Shown here: positions 48,097 to 57,787 of the stretch, in pieces
Position numbering within the stretch: position 1 is the first letter of the stretch
Layout: every line of letters begins with the position of its first letter
Origin: Dehalococcoidia bacterium
GTDB lineage: Bacteria; Chloroflexota; Dehalococcoidia; Plut-88900
Assembly: GCA_965197585.1 (NCBI GenBank)
Contig: OZ240215.1
Coordinates: 288,001-352,000 of the forward strand
Length of the DNA: 64,000 bases
Direction of reading: 5' to 3'
Notes under the pieces: generated by a model
The model's database searches: none
Seen by the model: the letters and a program-made list of their open reading frames with translations, nothing else
Told to the model about the DNA's origin: nothing
Position numbers and translations under genes: made by a program

Positions 48097-49135
48097 TGTC
48101 CCTGCAGAGTTCAGCCAACTGATCCCTGGCCTCTGTTAGGGTATGATTTTCCGGAGTGTCTAGGTCTTCACGAAGACGACGCAGGTCGGTGTAGCTCATT
48201 TTGTCTATGCGGTCCAGGAGCGCATTGGCGAGCTGGGCAAGTGTGGCGTCCTCCAGTGCCTCTACCGTAGAGGGACTGTCAAGAACCTTTTCCGCCTCGC
48301 GAGCTCCATGTGACAGAAATACTTTTCTGGACTCCGGATTTGCGAGGATAGGCGGGAGCCTTCTGACTCGGTCGGATGGATACATAAGCTGGTTGTTGAC
48401 CCAACTGGCGAAATCTGTCTTAGTGTAACCCGAGGTTACGAGAGCTTCCTGCACCCGCGGTGCTTGCATTTCGAGGAAAGCGCTGAACCGCGTTTGGTCA
48501 AACTGGTCATCACTAGTAAGGAGTGGGCGGTAATGATCCTCCATGTCGTTGTAAGCGTCGATGAATCGGTGCACCTCCGTCCTCTGCCCGCCGCAGAAAT
48601 CGATGATCTGATCAGTTGTCAGGTGCTCCGAGTTGCTTAGATAGTCCAGGTACTTGGCCTTCGAGTAAGGGTCCCATTGTCTTGGGCCGACCAGGTGAGC
48701 CTGTAGCCGAATGGCATCGATTTCCTTTTCGTCGAGTTGGTCGTACACGATTGCGGGAATTTCGTCCCATCTGCCACTATCATCGTCACTCCTGAACTGG
48801 CGGTAGATAAGGGCACGGGTATTTCCCTCAATGACGACAAGCCTGTTTTGATTCTCCCTGTTGACCAAGATGGGATGGATAAGACCTCCATGAGTCCTTA
48901 TCGATGCCCTCAGACTCTGGAAAGTGGTTGTGTTCTCACCTTGCTGGTAGTTGGCGGCGCCGAGAGCCAGGCTCATCTGGTCATCGGTTACATCGCCGCC
49001 GTACATCTCAATATAACGCGCCACCCGGGGATTGGACGTATCGAGCACTAGCGTCTCGACCGGAAGCATCGCGAATTGACCGTTTTTTGCAACCATACTG
49101 TTTCTCTCCAGCGGCACATCAACCGAGCGTGTCAC
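48068..49135 (-). CDS. ParB/Srx-like domain protein
   Basis: SNPR, SIRTHGGLIHPI, LVVIEGNTR, WDPYSKA; paralog-like to 45134..46141. Confidence 0.75.
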   Translation of the reverse strand: MTRSVDVPLERNSMVAKNGQFAMLPVETLVLDTSNPRVARYIEMYGGDVTDDQMSLALGAANYQQGENTTTFQSLRASIRTHGGLIHPILVNRENQNRLVVIEGNTRALIYRQFRSDDDSGRWDEIPAIVYDQLDEKEIDAIRLQAHLVGPRQWDPYSKAKYLDYLSNSEHLTTDQIIDFCGGQRTEVHRFIDAYNDMEDHYRPLLTSDDQFDQTRFSAFLEMQAPRVQEALVTSGYTKTDFASWVNNQLMYPSDRVRRLPPILANPESRKVFLSHGAREAEKVLDSPSTVEALEDATLAQLANALLDRIDKMSYTDLRRLREDLDTPENHTLTEARDQLAELCRDIASPSPTGA

Positions 49136-50736
49136 TACCTCGTCATTAGTGTCCCTGTATCATCCAGAGCCAGCCGGGCCTGGGAGTAATTTCCGATCCT
49201 TCTGTCTGGGTTTATGTCGGAGCTGTTTTGCCCGACCCTGGACGCTTCTGCGAACACCATTTCAATCAACTCTCTAGCGGTGCCCGGTGAGTGCGCGAGA
49301 GTCGCCAAAGCACCAAACACCCTCTGGTAGACGACAACCTCCGAGGAAGGTATGTCGCCGAGCCACTGCAGCTCCGTCTCAACTGAAAAGTTGTTCAATT
49401 TGCCTTCCGCATTATCGAGCCTCTCAAGAGTGTGCTTATCGATATTGTCATTACCGATGCTCTCGCGAACCTCCTCGACCTCCCGCAGCGCCTCCTGAAC
49501 CAGGTCGGCCGAGTCCTCTGCAGTTAGGTAACCGGACGTTGCCAGGGCATAGAGGTCCTCGATATTGCACAGTACCGTGAGAGCCTTCCTTGCATGGTTT
49601 CGAGCCGCGGACTCTCGCCTACACCGCGTGCTTAAGTTGCGTATCACGGGGGTCAGCTGGTTTTCGAGGTTTCGCAGGTGGGGTCCAGGTTCAAAGTAAT
49701 CACGCCTGGCGTTGGGAATGATTCGTGAGTCCAGGATATTCAGCTCCCCCACACACCATCGGTTGAAGCGTTCTTCTGTAAAGAGGTCGTCGAATACCGC
49801 CTCGCCACCAATCTGTATATTACCCATCCTGGCCCTGATGCCACGCACCCGCTGCTCTTTTGGGATCGCGCCCAGGTAGGACGAGTGCGCGATCCAACCA
49901 AGGACCGCCTCGCCGTTTCCGTCGACGCTCGGCATGCGGACCACCTCGAACTCCGTGAATTCGGCCTCCTTGTTTGCCGAGACTCGGATTGATGCCCCGT
50001 AAGGTCTTTCTACCGGTTTTGGATCTCCTTCCAGCAGAACTTCCAATGTTAGCGGCGCCTCAATGCCATAGAACAGTCCCTCGACTTTCTCGGCAAAGGG
50101 AAACTCTGAACTCATAGGCACTGGGCACACTTCGCCAACATAGTCGCGGACCGCGTCACGATTCAGTAGCAGTCCTGCGGAGTGACGCGCCACGTCTCCG
50201 ACTTCGACTTCGAAGAAATGATCAGGATGATCAGAATCTGGCAGGGCCTCCACATCGACGCGGTCAAGAATGGCCTCCTCAAGCTCCGACTCCGTGGAGG
50301 CCAGCTCGGTAAGCCGGTCGCTATGCCATGTGATTCGGGTTACCGCCTGATCCTCGTCGGCACGTGTGGTGAATGAGACTGTCTTTGCAAAGGCAAGTCC
50401 GGCGAGCCGTCCGACGCCACGGAAGCCCCTATCGATTCCCAGTGCCTTGTCACTGCGGCCAATGGGCAGTAGCCGTTCAAGTGCTTCCTTGCGGGACAGT
50501 CCAGGGCCGTAGTCTCGAATCCTGACTCGGCGTTCACTAACATCAATCGCGATATCTACCCTTGCTTTTCCAGGAAACCCGCTTCTCGTAACCGCGTCAG
50601 CTGCATTCTGTATGTACTCCCGGTATATGGACAGCGGGTTGCCGTACATCCCTGTTGTTACTAGCCCGAGAAGTCCCGCACCCGAGAGCCCCGGTGTCTC
50701 GTGACGGTCTAGCATACTATTCATATCGGCACTCAA
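49135..50736 (-). CDS. GHKL (Hsp90/MORC-like) ATPase
   Basis: IYREYIQNAADA, IRDYGPGL, GFRGVGRLAG, IPNARRDYF. Confidence 0.85.
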   Translation of the reverse strand: MSADMNSMLDRHETPGLSGAGLLGLVTTGMYGNPLSIYREYIQNAADAVTRSGFPGKARVDIAIDVSERRVRIRDYGPGLSRKEALERLLPIGRSDKALGIDRGFRGVGRLAGLAFAKTVSFTTRADEDQAVTRITWHSDRLTELASTESELEEAILDRVDVEALPDSDHPDHFFEVEVGDVARHSAGLLLNRDAVRDYVGEVCPVPMSSEFPFAEKVEGLFYGIEAPLTLEVLLEGDPKPVERPYGASIRVSANKEAEFTEFEVVRMPSVDGNGEAVLGWIAHSSYLGAIPKEQRVRGIRARMGNIQIGGEAVFDDLFTEERFNRWCVGELNILDSRIIPNARRDYFEPGPHLRNLENQLTPVIRNLSTRCRRESAARNHARKALTVLCNIEDLYALATSGYLTAEDSADLVQEALREVEEVRESIGNDNIDKHTLERLDNAEGKLNNFSVETELQWLGDIPSSEVVVYQRVFGALATLAHSPGTARELIEMVFAEASRVGQNSSDINPDRRIGNYSQARLALDDTGTLMTR

Positions 50737-52355
50737 ACGAGCTGCGTACCCTTGATTGCGAGTGCTTCATCATGGTCGAAGAGACCGGCATCTTCAACAA
50801 TTTCGTCCTCTTCTAGGTAAGGACCATTAGCAGTCATTTCCGACATGAGCCCAGAACCGTGCGCCTTAGCGTCTTCCCTGGTGTCCAGCCCGTGGAATAT
50901 CATCAGCTGTCGGATTTTCTGGTCGACCGTTTGGTCACCCGCCAACTCCCGGAAATGGTTCGGCCCCATTCCATTCCCGTTAGATGGAGTAGCCAGCAGA
51001 TACATTAGTTCATTCTCCTGGGACTCTGAAAGGCTTCTACGAAGGGATTCGTACTCCTCCCTGTGGGCTCGCCCCTCTCCATCCTCAAAATGCTCACGAT
51101 GGAATATGAAGGCATGCGGTAGCCTAAGCAGCCGCTCGAACTCCTCAGCATTTTCGCCATAGGCTCTAAGGAAGAATGACGGACTGCCGCTCACAACTCC
51201 CTTGGTTGCCTGGAGCATGAGTTGGAATGAACGGAGGTAGTAGCGATTCCAATTCTTCCCCACGTGCGACCGGTCCTTCAATGTCACGGGCTGGTAACGC
51301 ATTGGGAAGGACCAGATACGGATCCCCAGCTCTTCATTGAGGTCGATGTTGAGCCGCATTCGCTGGTAGAGGTCTTTTGGAGTGTCCTTAAAGTTGTACA
51401 GCATGTAATTTGACAGGGATGTGATCTGGTTGTCAGCCGCCATACGAATAGACTGCTCGTAGACTTTTCTAACGCCGATGTGATCGAAGGCAATTCGCAG
51501 CGGGCTGATGCAGATGGTGGACATTTCCCGTAGGAACATCTCTGACTTGGCGAGGATTCGTGCATCCACCCCCTGGTTGAAGTCCACCCGTCGCTTGACT
51601 GGCCTGTTACCATCCCGTGTCAGTTTCGCCCCAGGCGTGAAGCCCAGATCACGTATCTCGGCAATCACCTCCTTGTAGCGGGCTGATGCGGTTATATTAT
51701 TGTCCATAAGCACGAGGTCCTTCTTCTCCCCGTGCCTTTCTGTCACCCCTTCAACAAGATTGGTAAGAGGAGGCATTTCGCGTTGCGCACCCTCCAGCTT
51801 TGGTACGCCACAGAATGAGCACTTCCTCACGCATCCACGAGACGCGTAGCCGAAGTACGCATCATTGACCGGGTAGCTGTAGTCGATATGGTCGAGGATG
51901 TCATAGTTAGGGACTAATTCCTCAATAGGTATGCCGGTCAGGTCGTCAGAACCAAACTCATAGTTCTCCGCCGACAGTGCTAGAGCCGCTGCCGGGGGGC
52001 CATCCAACAACCCTTTGATAAAACGAACGCCTGCCCATCTGGGCTCGTTCAAAAAGGCTTCGTGCATGAGAGAGACTGCAATGCCGCCGGCAAACACGCG
52101 CTCCGGCTGATTGCCTGCCGCGCGTATAGCGAAATCGATAGCAGATGCCGTGCGCTTCCACTCGAAACTGAATAACGTGGTGACATACACCCTGTCCCAC
52201 GCTCGATTCAACACTTCCTTGTCTTCGCCTTTTATAAATGTGACACGGTCTCCTCGACCAAAGGAGCCGTGATAAGTGGCAAGTTTCATCAGGCCCAGCG
52301 GCGGATACTTGTTTGGGTAGCCGGGCTCAATAAGAAGAATATCCCTCGACGGCAT
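50733..52355 (-). CDS. Radical SAM protein with N-terminal B12-binding-like domain
   Basis: GCVRKCSFC (CxxxCxxC), ASRGC, DNN, DFNQGVD; N-terminal LLIEP...YPPLGLMKL. Confidence 0.88.
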   Translation of the reverse strand: MPSRDILLIEPGYPNKYPPLGLMKLATYHGSFGRGDRVTFIKGEDKEVLNRAWDRVYVTTLFSFEWKRTASAIDFAIRAAGNQPERVFAGGIAVSLMHEAFLNEPRWAGVRFIKGLLDGPPAAALALSAENYEFGSDDLTGIPIEELVPNYDILDHIDYSYPVNDAYFGYASRGCVRKCSFCGVPKLEGAQREMPPLTNLVEGVTERHGEKKDLVLMDNNITASARYKEVIAEIRDLGFTPGAKLTRDGNRPVKRRVDFNQGVDARILAKSEMFLREMSTICISPLRIAFDHIGVRKVYEQSIRMAADNQITSLSNYMLYNFKDTPKDLYQRMRLNIDLNEELGIRIWSFPMRYQPVTLKDRSHVGKNWNRYYLRSFQLMLQATKGVVSGSPSFFLRAYGENAEEFERLLRLPHAFIFHREHFEDGEGRAHREEYESLRRSLSESQENELMYLLATPSNGNGMGPNHFRELAGDQTVDQKIRQLMIFHGLDTREDAKAHGSGLMSEMTANGPYLEEDEIVEDAGLFDHDEALAIKGTQLV

Positions 52356-52604
52356 CAGGACCTCCTAGGAAGCGACCGTGCATTAGATTCGGAGGCTATT
52401 CTATGCCAATAACAGGTTGGTTGCATTCCTTTGTGTAAATTGGCTCGCACCGAATGTGCGATTGCACTTTTGAATGCTTTCAAGGGCAGAAAAATACTTT
52501 GGCTCGATTTATTGATGTATCGATACTTCCATGATTTACGGTCTTCAAGATCGAAAGTCGCGTCTGAATTCTGCTCAGTCTTGATGAAGCTCTGAATCTT
52601 CCTC

Positions 52605-52850
52605 GCCTTTCACCATGCGGTATCCGACGCGGCGCTCGGTGAAAATGTAGGCGGGATGGTCAGGGTCGTAGCTCAGCTTGCGCCGGAGCTGCTTCGCCGC
52701 AGTGCGGACCCGCTGCAAGTCGCCGAAGCAGTCCGTTCCGCACCGCCCAGACCACCACCGCCGCCTCCCCGTCCCTGGCGTGCCCGGCCACCTCGAACTC
52801 CCCGTACCCCTCCAGTATGAGCCACAGACTGCCCCTCATGACAGGGCAAG
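52605..52850 (-). pseudogene. Chimeric response-regulator debris (NarL N- and C-termini joined, plus OmpR-type wHTH tail)
   Basis: GEFEVAGHARDGEAA joined directly to VVVWAVRNGL; another frame reads KQLRRKL..DPDHPAYIFTERRVGYRM. Confidence 0.6.
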
Positions 52851-53082
52851 GCATAGACAAATGCCTATAAGCAGTATGGTTCATACCCCCTTGATGCCTT
52901 CAGTTCCTTGGACTAAAGTTCAGGAAATAAATGAATGCTGGACGGGTATTTCCACCTGGCCGGTTTGCCTACTTAGACCCCCTCATTTCGAGGCTGAGCC
53001 CACCGCACCAGGTAGAGGGACATATCGCATTCCAGCCGGAATCTGACGGAATCCAGTCCGATGGAGACGAGTCCTGAATCCA

Positions 53083-54300
53083 GTGACCACAGTGGCCAGC
53101 GGGTTCCCCGCCTTCCTGCGGAGCTTCGACCTGCCGGAGCCGGGGGAACTGCGCCGCGTGGCCAGGGTCTATGTATGGGGACGCTGGTTCGTCCTGTCTA
53201 TTGCCGCGTTCGCCTGGCTGTATCCGCTCAACGTCGACGAGGTGGTGTATGGGCCGAACGTCGCCCTTGCCATAGTGCTGTTCGCCTCCAACGGATATCT
53301 GCACTACCGGCTCGTCACGGAAAGGAGCGTGTCCTGGAGATGGATGCTTACGCTGAGCGCACTGGACCTGGCGATGCTGAGCGGAGGGGTTGCGGCGCAC
53401 CGCGAGTTCGAGTCACCCTTCTTCGTGGGGTACTACCCATCCCTCGCCCTGTTCGCGGTGGTCTTCGGATCGGTCAGGCTCACCCTCGTCTGGGTGACGA
53501 TGGCGGCGGCCGTCTACGCGGCGCTCTGTCTCGCAGTCGAGCCCGGGGTGGACTTCTCGGCGAATGATGAGGAGATACTGCTTATAAGGATAGCCGGGAT
53601 GTACACGGTGGTGGTTGTGGTCAACCTGATCTCCAGGGTGGAGCGGATCAGGCGGATGGAGGCGGTGGAGAGGGAGCGGGCGCTTCAGCGGGAGCGCATC
53701 GAGCTCTCCCACGCCATCCACAACACGATGGCCCAGTCCGCCTACATGATCGGGATGGGCATCGAGCGGGCGAAGGGGCTTGCCGACCGGTCGAACGAGG
53801 ACCTGATGTCCACGCTCGACGAGACCTCGGCCATGTCGCGGTCGGCGATGTGGGAGATGAGGCACCCGATGGAGATCGGGGAGATCTTCGAGGGGATGGA
53901 GCTTGGCGGGGTGCTGGAGTCGCTGGCGGCGACCTTCTCGACCATCTCCTCCATACCCGCCGACCTGGTGCAGACAGGCGTGGAGCCGCCCCTGCCAATC
54001 GCAACGAGGGGAGCGCTGTTCTCCATCGCCTTCAACGCCCTGACCAATGCTCTCCGACACTCCAATGCGAGTCACGTCCGCGTCGGCCTCGACTTCGAGG
54101 GGGACGGGCTGCGGATGTCGATTGCCGACGACGGGACCGGTCTCCCCGACGACTACGCGACGCGGGGCCAGGGCTTCAGGAACATGAGGGAGGAGGCCGA
54201 ACGCATGGGCGGCAGGCTCGTCGTGGAGACGAGCGGGTCCCAATGGAGGACCGCGGTGACCTGCGTGCTTCCCTATAGGCATATGAGAGGAGGGAGCTGA
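53083..54300 (+). CDS. Membrane sensor histidine kinase (HisKA_3/NarX-type)
   Basis: Several TM helices, ERIELSHAIHNTMAQ, NALTNALRHS, IADDGTGL, GQGFRNM. Confidence 0.88.
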   Translation: MTTVASGFPAFLRSFDLPEPGELRRVARVYVWGRWFVLSIAAFAWLYPLNVDEVVYGPNVALAIVLFASNGYLHYRLVTERSVSWRWMLTLSALDLAMLSGGVAAHREFESPFFVGYYPSLALFAVVFGSVRLTLVWVTMAAAVYAALCLAVEPGVDFSANDEEILLIRIAGMYTVVVVVNLISRVERIRRMEAVERERALQRERIELSHAIHNTMAQSAYMIGMGIERAKGLADRSNEDLMSTLDETSAMSRSAMWEMRHPMEIGEIFEGMELGGVLESLAATFSTISSIPADLVQTGVEPPLPIATRGALFSIAFNALTNALRHSNASHVRVGLDFEGDGLRMSIADDGTGLPDDYATRGQGFRNMREEAERMGGRLVVETSGSQWRTAVTCVLPYRHMRGGS

Positions 54301-54301
54301 A

Positions 54302-54766
54302 ATGGCTTCAACCCCGGTCAGAGTCTTGCTGGTGGATGATCACCCGGTGATGCGCGACGGTCTCCAGCAGCTGCTGGAGCGGACCGGCGAGTTCGAGGTG
54401 GTGGGACACGCGGGCGACGGCGAGGAGGCGGAGCGGGTGGCGAAGGAGATGGTCCCGGACCTGGTCATCATGGACGTCGCCGGAGGGGAATACCGGATGC
54501 CCCGGGACGTGATGAGACGGGTGTTCAGGCGGCTGCGCCACATGCCGGAGGAGATCGATTCGCCACGGCGGAAGGAGCTGACATCGAGGGAGAAGGAGAT
54601 ACTCACCCAGTTCGCGCAGGGGATGTCGTACGCCGCCATCGCCGAGACCAGGGGCAACCGCTCATCGACAGTCCGCAACACCATCTCCCACATACAGGAC
54701 AAGCTGGGCTTCGGCAGCAAGCAGGAGGTCGTCGTCTGGGCCGTGCGAAACGGACTGGTGGACTGA
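54302..54766 (+). CDS. NarL-family response regulator with an internal deletion in the receiver domain
   Basis: VLLVDDHPV..PDLVIMDV joined directly to AGGEYRMP; LuxR HTH intact; only 154 aa. Confidence 0.75.
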   Translation: MASTPVRVLLVDDHPVMRDGLQQLLERTGEFEVVGHAGDGEEAERVAKEMVPDLVIMDVAGGEYRMPRDVMRRVFRRLRHMPEEIDSPRRKELTSREKEILTQFAQGMSYAAIAETRGNRSSTVRNTISHIQDKLGFGSKQEVVVWAVRNGLVD

Positions 54767-55112
54767 AATCCGAGTCAGTCACCATCTCAGACTCGGCCCA
54801 AGATCATCATTCGTAGGGAAATTCTGGTCCCCCACGACCCTGTGCCTCTGCTCTCAATCAGGACTCGGTCAGGCGCTGAGGATGTCATTCAAGCTCAGCT
54901 GAATTTCTTCCACACTGATCCCCTAAAGACTCGATAATCCCCAGCGTCCCACGGTAAGGCAGACCTCCAACCTGCGCGTGCGAACGACGCCATCCGACTC
55001 GGTTAGGACGCAGTCTCGCAGCATTTGCTCCGCAAGCCTCCTGCCTTGCCTCGCTGGCGATCCGCCAGGAAACGACGAAGCAGGCCGACAGGTAACGGAG
55101 CGAGCAGCGACG

Positions 55113-55150
55113 AGGCCCCTGCTGTAACGGCGGGGGCCTTTGGCTTGTTT
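55113..55150 (+). terminator. Putative intrinsic terminator
   Basis: AGGCCCCTGC / GCGGGGGCCT stem followed by TTGGCTTGTTT. Confidence 0.45.
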
Positions 55151-55201
55151 TAGGCCGCTGCAGCGTTTCCGACTCTCACGGCTACGCTCCGCCCGCTCCC
55201 C

Positions 55202-55527
55202 GCCATTCCCCGACCGTTACCGATGGGAGTCCCGTTGAGCGTCCACGTCGCTTCCTGAGCACGCTGGGCTGAGACCTGCCGCGATATGGGCATAGGCCAC
55301 TAGTAGTCATTTGCCCACGCGACCTTTGTAGACAAATGCCTAATGCAAATTAGGCGTCTGATCCTTATATCCGGCTTGGAAGCTCACTACGATTTACGTC
55401 GGCGAGGGCTGCTTTACAGGCAGCCAGACGTGCTGTGGGCGGCGATAAGCCCAGGCAATCATACGACGTTCGGGAAGAGGAGCGATGACCCGCACTGGTG
55501 GACGAAGAATCCCAATCCTCGACGGAG
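55202..55527 (+). repeat. ~325-bp upstream module, copy 1 (copy 2 at 57082-57407)
   Basis: Collinear at offset 1880; shared blocks CCCGTTGAGCGTCCACG, GCTGGGCTGAGACCTGCCGCGATA, GGCGAGGGCTGC, CCAGGCAATCAT, AGGAGCGATGACC, CCAATCCTCGACGGAG. Confidence 0.85.
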
Positions 55528-55652
55528 ACAACCGCCGCGGCGACTGTCTGCACCACCGCGACGACCGCCTTCGAGGCCGTCCTCCACACGACGGGCACAT
55601 CTGGCCTGTGACAGGTCGAGGGATGCCCTGCTGACAAGTTTAAGGAAAGGAC

Positions 55653-56711
55653 ATGAAAGCAATGTCGAAGTCCATCAGACTGCTGGTAAGCGCCGCAGTA
55701 CTCGCCGTACTGCTAACCGGGTGTTCTGATGAGCCAGATCCCATTCCTTCAAACGGGACCGATTCCAGTCCTACTACCTCATCAGAGCAGGGGGTCAATC
55801 CGGAACCAACACATGCTCCCACATCGGCTCTGACAAACACCGCGGTGCCGGAAGCTGCAACGCCCACGCCTACCGCTCTCCCGACCCCCACACCCACGGC
55901 GACCGCAGCGGCGACTCTCACGCCGACTCCTACCGCCACGCCTGATCTTACCCAAGGGATTGCGCCGCCTGAACATATTGCATTTATCTGGTGGGCGTGG
56001 AACCCAGGCGAACGTGAGAGAGGATTCAAGGAACTCGAAGTCGCGTTCACGATTCACATCGACCCAGTGGGTCTGCCAGACGGAAACGGGTTCTACTTCA
56101 TGGTCTGCTACGGCAAAATAGCCGAAATCGCGTTCTACTTCGGTTTGCAGACAGATGAACGCGGGAAGCGGGCGATATTCTCCCGGTGGGGTGAACGGGA
56201 TCTGAGTCGTGCGCGAGTTTCTACACAGGACGGGTGGACCCAATCATCGGGTCACGAAGGGGACTTCATCGGGGTGCGGCGCCATTTGGCTTGGGGGGCC
56301 GGGGACTACATCGCCCGGCTGGCCCCAGACGGCGCTGACGAAGAAGGTGAGTGGTACGGGGTGTGGATCACCGACGTTGGCACCAAGGTCACGACATGGA
56401 TAGGGTCTCTGTGGTTCCCCAACAAGGATGGTTCGGTCAGAATCGAAGGTTCGGTGTACTCGACCCTAGAGATCTACGGCTTCCCAGCGATTCGACCCAT
56501 AGACATCCCTGAGTGGCACGTGACTGTCGGACGCCCGGCTGGCGACGGGCAGCCAGCGCACTGGGGAAACGCTGGATACTCAGGGTTCGGCTACCAGTAC
56601 ATCCCCAACTCCAATATCCGCTACGACCGCGGACTGGACGCGGTGGATATCAGTGTGGGCGGGCTCACTGAAGGCACGACAGCGGCTTGGGACATGTGGT
56701 TCGACCGATGA
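55653..56711 (+). CDS. Lipoprotein with PT-rich linker and beta-rich (DUF3472-like) domain
   Basis: Lipobox LLTGC, PTPT repeats, FYFGLQTD..AIFSRW..GHEGDFIGVR. Confidence 0.7.
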   Translation: MKAMSKSIRLLVSAAVLAVLLTGCSDEPDPIPSNGTDSSPTTSSEQGVNPEPTHAPTSALTNTAVPEAATPTPTALPTPTPTATAAATLTPTPTATPDLTQGIAPPEHIAFIWWAWNPGERERGFKELEVAFTIHIDPVGLPDGNGFYFMVCYGKIAEIAFYFGLQTDERGKRAIFSRWGERDLSRARVSTQDGWTQSSGHEGDFIGVRRHLAWGAGDYIARLAPDGADEEGEWYGVWITDVGTKVTTWIGSLWFPNKDGSVRIEGSVYSTLEIYGFPAIRPIDIPEWHVTVGRPAGDGQPAHWGNAGYSGFGYQYIPNSNIRYDRGLDAVDISVGGLTEGTTAAWDMWFDR

Positions 56712-56716
56712 AGGAG

Positions 56717-56748
56717 AAAAAGGACGCCTTTGGGCGGGTGCCTTTTTT
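56717..56748 (+). terminator. Intrinsic terminator after the lipoprotein gene
   Basis: Imperfect GC stem flanked by an A run and a T6 run. Confidence 0.55.
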
Positions 56749-56797
56749 GTGCAGCCGCCCAACTTATTGTGTAGAACCGAATTAGTGTGCAAAGCCG

Positions 56798-56983
56798 TTA
56801 CGACTCGTTGACCACCTTGAAGGTGCCCGATTCCGTGGTTATTCGGAACGCGCCCTTGAGCTGGATTTCCCTATCGAAGTAGGCATGCAGCTTAACGGCT
56901 TCCTCATCGGATAGGTGCGTATAGGACATCACATATTCAACCAGTGGCGCTACCTCGGTCATGAACACCTCGGCGCGGCCGAG
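56798..56983 (-). pseudogene. C-terminal fragment resembling a class I SAM methyltransferase
   Basis: ..TEVAPLVEYVMS...FDREIQLKGAFRITTESGTF..*, cut upstream by a stop. Confidence 0.3.
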
Positions 56984-57081
56984 CTACTTGCTCACCACGA
57001 CGATGTTCTGTCCGGGTTGGAGGGCAGCGCCGGCTTGGAAGTCCCGCAGGCTGGGCACCGGCATGCCCTGATGGCCCAGCA

Positions 57082-57407
57082 GCCATTCCCCGGCCGTCAG
57101 CCGATGGTGGTCCCGTTGAGCGTCCACGCCGCTTCCTGAACACGCTGGGCTGAGACCTGCCGCGATAAGAGCGTAGGCATTAAATAGGTACCCAGTACCT
57201 ATGCGTCTATACAACCCCATAGCTATATGCCTAGTACAAAACTCTATCATCCGGCCTGGAGGCTCACTACTATTTACGTTGGCGAGGGCTGCTATACGGG
57301 CGGCAAGTCTTGTCATGGGCAACGAAAAGTCCAGGCAATCATCCGGCGTTAGGCGATAGGAGCGATGACCAGTACCGGTAGACGAGGAATACCAATCCTC
57401 GACGGAG
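57082..57407 (+). repeat. ~325-bp upstream module, copy 2
   Basis: See 55202-55527. Confidence 0.85.
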
Positions 57408-57787
57408 CAGCGACAGAGGTCGCAGCGGCCCGTGTTAACGTGGTCTCCGCGACCCGGTCCGTCCTCCGTCGCGGTCTAGCACAGACGTTCACCCCCCCCC
57501 CCCGATTTTCCCTCCGCTCTGGCCCCCTCGCCGCCTCCGGCTCATACCGGCAGGCCCGATCCTCTCCCATCGCCGCTCTCTCTGAGCGCGCGCCCGAAGC
57601 AACCGGAGTCCCCGAAAGACGCCTTGCGGCGGGCTTCGCACGTCCCGCACTCACCCGAAACAGCCTTCGACCATGCAACGCCCGACGCCCGCGTCCTCCG
57701 CGTCCGCTGACGCCTGGGGACGGGACGGGCTGCGTCCCGTATCCCCGCACAAGCACAAGGAGGAGCCATGATGACTCGCACCGATAG
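57365..57787 (+). CDS. Leader ORF containing a C12 tract, overlapping the start of the second adhesin
   Basis: AGGAG RBS; ..QTFTPPPRF..; tract 57492-57503; stop codon lies about 20 nt into the adhesin ORF. Confidence 0.45.
   Translation: MTSTGRRGIPILDGAATEVAAARVNVVSATRSVLRRGLAQTFTPPPRFSLRSGPLAASGSYRQARSSPIAALSERAPEATGVPERRLAAGFARPALTRNSLRPCNARRPRPPRPLTPGDGTGCVPYPRTSTRRSHDDSHR

Noticed and set aside
50733-52355. Prokaryotic viperin or QueE/Dpd-type radical SAM
   Set aside because: Length, N-terminal domain and neighbours do not fit; no queC/queD/folE/dpdA genes in the window.
57365-57770. Poly-C slippage fusing the leaders in frame to the adhesins
   Set aside because: Stops in the adhesin frame (TGA 57708-57710; TAG 30333-30331) prevent fusion; only coupling effects are possible.
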